Positions 56,453 to 64,000 of a DNA stretch of 64,000 nucleotides are shown piece by piece (positions within the stretch are counted from its first letter, which is position 1; each line of letters starts with the position of its first letter). A program made the position numbers and the translations under genes. Source of the DNA: the human T2T-CHM13v2.0 reference genome, Homo sapiens. The stretch is from the NCBI RefSeq assembly GCF_009914755.1, contig NC_060925.1; one strand, given 5' to 3'. A model generated the notes under the pieces. The model worked only from the letters and a program-made list of their open reading frames with translations. It was not told the origin of the DNA and did no database searches.

Positions 56453-56483
56453 TTCAGTTTCCACCTCTCCACCAGGGGGCAGC
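56453..56483 (+). promoter_or_regulatory. CTCF site (core plus candidate upstream module)
   Basis: Core CCACCAGGGGGCAGC at 56469-56483, preceded 6 bp upstream by TTCAGTTTCC. Confidence 0.75.
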
Positions 56484-58692
56484 ATAGCAGCATTCATTCA
56501 GTGCCATGTTGACTTGGTAACTGAGGTCATCCAGGCAGAGACAGGGATTGGCCATAAGCCAAAACTGTCTGCCGGAAAATCTGCTGCTGGGAGTCTGGGA
56601 GACCATGTGGCTAAACTGAAGGAGAGATGGTGAGAGAAGGGTATTCAAAAGTATTGGGAACCAAAAGCATGGCTTGTGGCCTTAGAAGTAGTGACACAAG
56701 CAACCTTGTCAGCTGGCTCAAGGTCTCTGTCCTTGAGGCTGAGCCAACAACACCACAATAAGCAACTGAGCACATGGTCCTGGGGTGGTGGGAAAGTCTG
56801 CATGGACAATAGAGTGGCAGGATCTTCTATAGGAGACAGTCTCAAGACTCTGCAGTGGTGAGAAAATGGGAAACAATAAGTGGCTGGCAGAGCCAATCAG
56901 GGTCTCTGTCTGCCTGCAGCTCCTGGGGAGCTATAAGGAGGACCATACAATGGGATGAACGAGTGGGAGTGAGAACTGCTAAGTATGATGTCTGCACGTC
57001 CCAGAGGCTCCGCAAGGCACTGGCCTCACCAAGAAAGGCAGGGTAATGCACATGGTTTTTCATCTATCACAAATGTTGCTGGCGATGGGTGGTTTCTACC
57101 TTGAAATGGTAGACTAACTAAGTGCTTTTCTTGTTCTCGCAAGGTGTCCATTCCAGAATCAGCAAGACACTGTGGGAAGAGGACAGCTTTTGACATCTGA
57201 TTAAACCTGTATTCAAACCTTGGTTCTATCTTTAAGAACTTGAGCAAGTTACAAACTCTCTTGGAGCCTCGGCTTCTTTATCTCTAAAAATGAGATCATA
57301 ACAACCTTATGAGATATTTTGGAGATTAAGTAAGTAGTGTATTTTAAGTATCTGACACATACTAGCTGCTCTCAATAAGTAGTAGCCATTAACTCCCTTT
57401 ATTAAAATCAGTTTACCATATCTGCCCATGTAAATATTTATATAAGATAATTTATTTCAAGACAGCCAACTGAGCCAAAAATAGAACTTTATATGTATCT
57501 CAAGGTTCTGTCCCTCATTATTATAACAAATCAAATCAAACTTCAACCAGCCTTTCATATGTTACTGGAGAAGACACCAACAAACAACTGTGAAAGGCCA
57601 AACACTTGAGAGGAAACTGAGGGTACATCTCATTCAGGCAGCTATGGCTATGGTCTACCCTAACCCAAGGTCAATATTGACACTGGCCACGAGTGTTGAC
57701 CCACACACAAATTCATTGCCTAACACCCAGCATATGTTCAGGAAGTTGTCAGCTCCATGTTTAGCCAACCAGAGCCAACAGTTGCTATTTGGTTAATGCT
57801 GACATTACCTTGCAAATATTTAAAACAGACCATTTCCCCACATCATTTTGGTTCTCATATGACTGCTTCTTACAGAGGCTGCTGACTATTGTGTGGACAC
57901 GTATTGAGACATCCCTATCCTTGCCTTGCTTCCCTGGCTATCTGACCTCCTGTCCACCAAGAGAGCAGTCAACCTCTCTCCTCATATTACAAATGGAAAG
58001 AAACCAAGGCCGATAAAGGGGCAATAATCTACCTCAGACCACAAAGAAAGCTATGATTGCTGAGAGGATCAGACAGAGCCTGAGACTTAGTCAATGATCA
58101 AGAAACTAAAGAGATTATACCATGGCCCAATGAGAGATGAAAAGGTACTCCTCCAGGCTCTTAAGCAGTGTTCTGAACAACTAAATGAGTAGACAATGTC
58201 AGACAAGCTGAATGAGTGCACTGTGTGTGGGACAGTGAGTCTCTCCTACTTGGAAGCTTTCTTTTCCTCCCCCTCTTCTTTGTTGAAACCTGAAAAGTAT
58301 CTATGAGTCAAGCCCTAGAGCAAAAGACTGTGGTGAAAGTGTGGATTTCAATAACTCAAGCCAAGGTGGCACAACTTATAGACTTTCCATATTGCCACAC
58401 AGATATGCACAAATGGCAAGAAACATAAAACAGACATATGGAAAATATCCGTTTTCCTTTTAGGGAGTTAAGGTTTGGTTTCCTTTGAAAATGTCAGTTT
58501 TCCTTTCGCTTCATCCTCATTAGCCTCCTGGGACACTCTTAAACATACCCAGAAAACAACAGAGCAGAAGAAATGAGGTATTTTTAGCTGATATTCTGGG
58601 CACAGATTCCTATTGTTCCACAATTTTTGGCTTGGCTGGATGGCACGTGGCCAATACAATGTATACTCTTGCAAAGAATGTATATTTCCTGG

Positions 58693-58732
58693 TGTGTGTG
58701 TGTGTGTCTGTGTGTGTGTGCATGTGTGTGTG
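58693..58732. repeat. (TG)n microsatellite
   Basis: Interrupted TG run. Confidence 0.9.
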
Positions 58733-59709
58733 ATAACAGGAAGGACAAGGGTATTATTGATGGTATTTTGATGGGGAAGATTCTGGGATCTCAGCAAGCC
58801 ACACCAAACTCTCCATAAATCCTGTTTGCTTTGGTCAACATCACTTTTCACTTATTATTACCATTGTGCTATATGTCCAAAAAGAAACTTTTTTTAAAGC
58901 CATAGTGTCACAGCTGAAGAGCTCCTAGAATCAACTGTTTCCAGCAGCACTATATTAGGAACTAAATTTATTCTGAAAACCAATGATTACATTCCTAAAT
59001 CATCTGGTGCACTGCCTAGCATATAACAATGCTCAAAACACTGACAGCTATGATGATCATCCTCCTCCTTAAACATGACTCCTGTTCTCAAGGGTCACCC
59101 AGTCTTGTAGGGGAGGCAAACAAGAAAAGAAAAGCATCCACTGACAATCTGAGTAAAAATCTCCCTGTGGCATAAAAACCACAGGGAGCTGCTATGGGGT
59201 TTTCCCTTTCTAACTGACGGGTGGAAAATATCTCTGGATTATTTAATTCCAGAATGCCTTTAGTTCAAGGATCTCAAAGCACATGCAATCTTGTGTAAAC
59301 ATCTTAGCTCTGAAATAATTGAGAAGGGGGTCAAATTCTGTGATCTTATTCAATTACATTCATTATACAGAGGGCAAAACTGGCATAACAGCAGAATGTG
59401 GCACATTATACACACTCCAAAATCCAGCAGTAATGGAGCCTGTGCACAGAAGCTCAGGGTCCTGAATCCCCAAAGCAGCCTCTTTATCACAGAACTATGT
59501 TGCCTTCCTTTCATGTTAGACTTCAGATGTCTCGAGAACCCCATAGAAGTTTCAATAAAGTCTGATCCGGTGGAAGTGACACCGTTCTTGTTTCTTGATT
59601 TTTAAAAATATTTATATCCTTCAATTTTTTAACACTTTTTATTCTTCAACTCTCTCCCCATCCTTCCATTTCAACTCTCCTTCCATCCACTAAAAACTGG
59701 AAGTCACCA

Positions 59710-60430
59710 TACCCCTTACAATGGCTACTTTCAAAGAGATAAGAAAATAACAGGTGTTGGATGTAGAGAAATTGGAACTCTTGTGCATTGTTAGTGGGAA
59801 TGTAAAATGGTGCAATGCTGTGGAATGCGGTACGGAGTTTCCTCAAAAAAATTAAAAATAGAATTACCATGTGATCTAGCAATCTACTTCTGCATATATA
59901 GCCAAAATGATTGAAAACAAGGACTCAAGGAGAGGTTTGTATGCCCAAGTTCATAGCAGCATTATGCACAGTAGCCAAGAGGTGAAAGCAGCTCAGGTGT
60001 CACTGACAGAGGAACAGATAAACAAAATGTGGTATATGCCTACAATGGAATATTATTCAGCCTTAAAAAGGAAGAAAATTCTAACATACACTACAACATA
60101 ATGAGGACATTATGATAAGTGAAATAAGACAGTCACAAAAGACAAATACAGTATGATGGTACTTAGGAAGTTCCTAGAGTAGTCAAATTCAGTGAGATGA
60201 AAGTAGAACAGTTGCTTCCAGGAAAAGAAAATGAAGAGGTACTATTTAATGAGCATAGAGTTTTAGTTTGCAAGATAAAAAGACTTATGTGGATAGACAG
60301 TGGTGATAGTAGCACAACAGTATGAATGTACTTAATGCCACTGAACTGTACACTTAATAATGGTTGAGATGATAAATTTCATGTTAGGTGTATTTTACCA
60401 TACTTTTTTAAAAATAAAAAATTATAATTT
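59710..60430 (+). mobile_element. L1MB-like 3' region
   Basis: ttagtgggaatgtaaaatggtgca...atagaattaccatgtgatctagcaat...aatgccactgaactgtacactt. Confidence 0.85.
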
Positions 60431-60434
60431 TTTT

Positions 60435-60910
60435 AAACTGGAAGACACAATCATCATTTATGCTCTACCTTCTATAACCAAAATATAGGTGATTATGTTC
60501 CCAAGTGAAACTCTCACCAGCCTCCCTTGCAGCTAGGGGTAGCCATGTGAGGTAGTACATGGATTCTACTGGTGAGGAAAGCGCTAGAAAAGCTACTGTT
60601 TTCTTAATAAAATGAGACAATCTCAGCTGGTGCATACATTTTGCTCTTTACCTTTTCTCTTTTTTTCTGCCTGGAATTAAAATGCAATACTTAGAGATAA
60701 AACAGCTATCTTGGAACTAAGAGAATGAAAGCTACCTGTTAAGAATGCAGAAAAAGAAGAAAGAAGCCTGAATTCTTGAAAACTTTCTTGAGCAGTTACA
60801 CCTTCCTTGGACTTCCTACTTCTGGACTCCCTCTTCGTGAGAAAAATTAAAGCTCTCTATTAAAATTAGTCAAGACAGAATTATATGATGCCAAATGCAA
60901 TCCTGCTCAA
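60435..60910 (+). mobile_element. Old MLT1-type LTR fragment
   Basis: cagcctcccttgcagctaggggtagccatgtga...cttctggact...gccaaatgcaatcct. Confidence 0.55.
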
Positions 60911-60949
60911 GTCTCTTCATATTGACTTGCCAAAGGGATACCCCTTCCC

Positions 60950-62045
60950 ACTTGATTTCTTGAATGTCCTACACTCCTATCAAGGGCTAACTCTTCCACT
61001 TAGGTGCTAAACTTTGTCACTTCATGCTTACTCAAAAACTATATCATATATTCTCCCTCTTTGCAAATATGTTTTACAATATTTTTCTTGTTTCTCCCAT
61101 TTTGGAAAAAAAAATACTCCTCTCTTGATTCCATTTCCTCTACCAGCTACCTTTTCATTTATCTGATGGCCTTTGTAGAAAAAAAAAAATTTTAATTACT
61201 TCTATTTACTATCTCCAGTTCCTTTCTTTTTAGACCAATCCAATCAGGTACTTATCCCACCTTTTCTAACAAAATTGTCGTGTGAAGGTCACTAATGACC
61301 TCCACAGTGTTTAGTCCTCATTGTACTAAGCCCATCAGCAGGCTTGGACATCATCAATCATTTGGCTTCCAGGACTGCTCACTCCTGATTTTCCTCCCAC
61401 CTGGTCACTCCTGCTTTGTTCTTCCTTACCAATTTCTCCTCATCTCCCTGACCATGAAATGTTTAGTTCTCTTCTTTATCTATGCTCGCTCCCCTTAGGG
61501 ATCTTATCCAGTCCCATTACTTTAAATATCATACATTTGCTAAATGATTTTGACATTTCTATCTCCACCCCAGGTTGCTCTTTTGAATCTAACTTGTATA
61601 CCCAACTACCTACTCAACATCTTCACTTGGATTTCTAATCACAGTCTCAAACTTAACAAAACCAAAATAAAATTCCTGATCTTTTCCCACCCACCTCACT
61701 CTGGCTCCAATCTGCTCCAACCACAACCTCTCCATTTCCATTGATGGATGGCACCTATATCTTACCTGTTGCTCAAGACAAACATCATGGACTCACTTTT
61801 GACTTCTTTATCCTCCGCATCTCATATCCAATCTGCCAACAAGCAATTTCTGCTCCACCTTCAAAGAATAGCCAGGACAGTCATTTTGCATTATCTCACA
61901 GCTCCCACTATAGTCCTGCCTCCACCATATCTTCCCTGGGTTACCTCCACAACTTCCTCAATGGACCACTTGCTTCCTCTTGTCACCTGCTATGCTGATC
62001 TTGAGCACAACACTCAGGGTTATCCTACTACCTAAATCAGATCAT
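60950..62045 (+). mobile_element. L2 LINE fragment
   Basis: aaggtcactaatgacctcc...tggcttccaggac...ttcacttggatttctaat...ctcaaacttaac. Confidence 0.75.
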
Positions 62046-63032
62046 GCCCCTCATCTGTGATTTAGCAATCTATTTCATTCCCATTTTCCAGACAAGAAAA
62101 CAAAGACTTATGAAGGTTTAAGTAATTTGCTCAATTTTACACAGCTAGTATTTGGGGGTGCCAGGATTTAAATCAAGTCTGCCATTATATCACTGCCTAA
62201 CTTAGCTTTGGGGTTGTCCTCATCAAATGGTAGGATGGTATTTTGCAAATTAAAAGCTCTGTGTGACTACAAGGTAATACTACCACCATTATCAACACAA
62301 GCTCCTGATATGGTAGTGCTGAATGAAGAAGGTTATCAATTATATTGAAATATTTTACCTAGAAAGGAAAGGCAAGAGTTTCCCTTCCAATACTTGAAAG
62401 AAAATCCAGAATGAGATCAACAATCCAGGATGAGTCTAACCCAGGAGAGCATCAATTAACTTTGTGACTTACGCTGAAACAAGCAAGGAGGGACTGGGTA
62501 AAAATAAAAAAAAACAGGAGGAATGGTGGAAGCCTGCACACAGCCCCCACCAGCACCCCAACCACAAAACTCATGTGCAAGTCTGCAATATAATTTTCAT
62601 CTTGGATGCCTTTCATATGGCTCTGCTCCCCATACCCAGCTCCATTCAGAGGATTAAAGAAGAGGGACAGACATGAGTAGCTAAAGAACCACAAAAATCC
62701 CTGTGAAACAGGATTCTTGGTTTAAAATCACAGTGACTAGTTATGTGTACAGACATGCATAAAGCATGCATATGCTCGCACACACACACACACATACATG
62801 CTGCCTTAGACTAGAAATCCACACAGCATGCTACAGCCAGAAGTTTGGGGAGGAATTTTTTATAACAGCCCCTCCCAACCATGGAAATAAATAATGACAA
62901 GTTAGGGTGTCCTCAACCAGAAGAAGTCTTCAAGACAGCACGACCTTTGAGGGATGTCTGCATTTTGCTGCGGCAGTGCACTCTCAGATCTTATAAGGTG
63001 AAACTAAAGGGAATGTTGATATAGGAAAAGGA

Positions 63033-63279
63033 GGCCTAGTGCGGTGGCTCATGCCTATAATCCCAGCACTTTAGGAGGCAGAAGCAGGAGGAACGCTTTA
63101 GCCCAGGAGTTTGAGACCAGCCTGGGCAACTTGGGGAGACCCCGTCTCAATAAAAAAATTTAAAAATTAGGGGAGGATTACTTGAGCCCAGGAGGTCGAG
63201 GCTGCAGTGAGCCATGTTTAAGCCACTCTACTCCAGCTTGGGAGACAGAACAATACCCTGCCTCGAAATAAAAAAGGAA
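63033..63279 (+). mobile_element. AluJ-like SINE with an internal deletion
   Basis: ggcctagtgcggtggctcatgcc...gaggtcgaggctgcagtgagcc. Start of the right arm is missing. Confidence 0.88.
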
Positions 63280-63583
63280 GGCCGGGCGCGGTGGCTCACA
63301 CCTGTAATCTCAGCACTTTGGGAGGCCGAGGCAGGCAGATCACGAGGCCAGGAGATCAAGACCATCCTGGCTAATACGGTGAAACCCTGTCTCTACTAAA
63401 AATGCAAAAAAATTAGCCGGGCATGGTGGCGGGCACCTGTAGTTCCGGCTACTCAGGAGGCTGAGGCAGGAGAATGGCGGGAACCCAGGAGGTGGAGCTT
63501 GCAGTGAGCCGAGATCGTGCCATTGCACTCCAGCCTGGGCGACAGTGAGCGACTCTGTCTCAAAAAAAAAAAAAAAGAAAAAA
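63280..63583 (+). mobile_element. AluY-like SINE nested in the tail of the preceding Alu
   Basis: Full dimer. The outer TSD ggaaaagga flanks both Alus together. Confidence 0.92.
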
Positions 63584-64000
63584 TGGAAAAGGAGCCCCAG
63601 GGGTCCACCCCTTCCCTGCTTGGACCTTCAGGTTCCAAGTTACAATTGCAAAAATAGGAAGTTGCAGACCTGTTCTTCCAAGTCAAAAGATAAGGCCAGA
63701 GGCTTCTCTTGCTGGTTCCAAGAGAAACACCTGCCTCTATCATTCAGTGACTGGCAGATTACCTAGAGCCAGGCACAAGGGCAGGGAGACTTTTGCCTTT
63801 TGGCAAAGGAAGAGGCAGAGGAGCTCTTGTGGAGTTCCCTTTCAAAAGGCTTGTAGATACTGCCCCAGACATCCAGGAAGAAGAGACTTCTCTGGCACTC
63901 AAAAGCGAGTGCCTCCCTGAGCCCTGCACGTCTTTCCACTGTGAACAGGGAGCCATACACACTGGCATCAACCTCCATTGCACTGTACCAATGAGAGCTA

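Overview
Mammalian (Alu-rich, so primate and most likely human) genomic DNA containing the 3' part of the LIM-homeodomain gene LMX1A on the minus strand. Six coding exons with GT-AG boundaries (47764-47996, 12002-12174, 9075-9152, 6447-6516, 4248-4418, 2264-2424) splice in frame to encode LIM2, the homeodomain, a Gln-rich segment and the C-terminus. A ~2 kb 3'UTR ends near an ATTAAA at 266-271. The upstream exons lie beyond the right edge. Exon numbers 4-9 follow my recollection of the 9-exon reference model. The rest is intronic: Alu, L1, L2, CR1, MIR, LTR and DNA-transposon fossils, an intragenic CpG island (~33.6-34.65 kb), a near-consensus REST site and a strong CTCF site. I found no new gene system. 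The most notable observations are (1) a multi-step templated insertion (fold-back + 41-nt copy from ~500 bp away + fold-back) inside a young Alu, (2) both homeodomain exons beginning with GT so that splicing rebuilds 5' splice sites, and (3) three independent MaLR LTRs inserted at almost the same position of three different MIR copies. Repeat subfamily calls are by eye and their boundaries are approximate.
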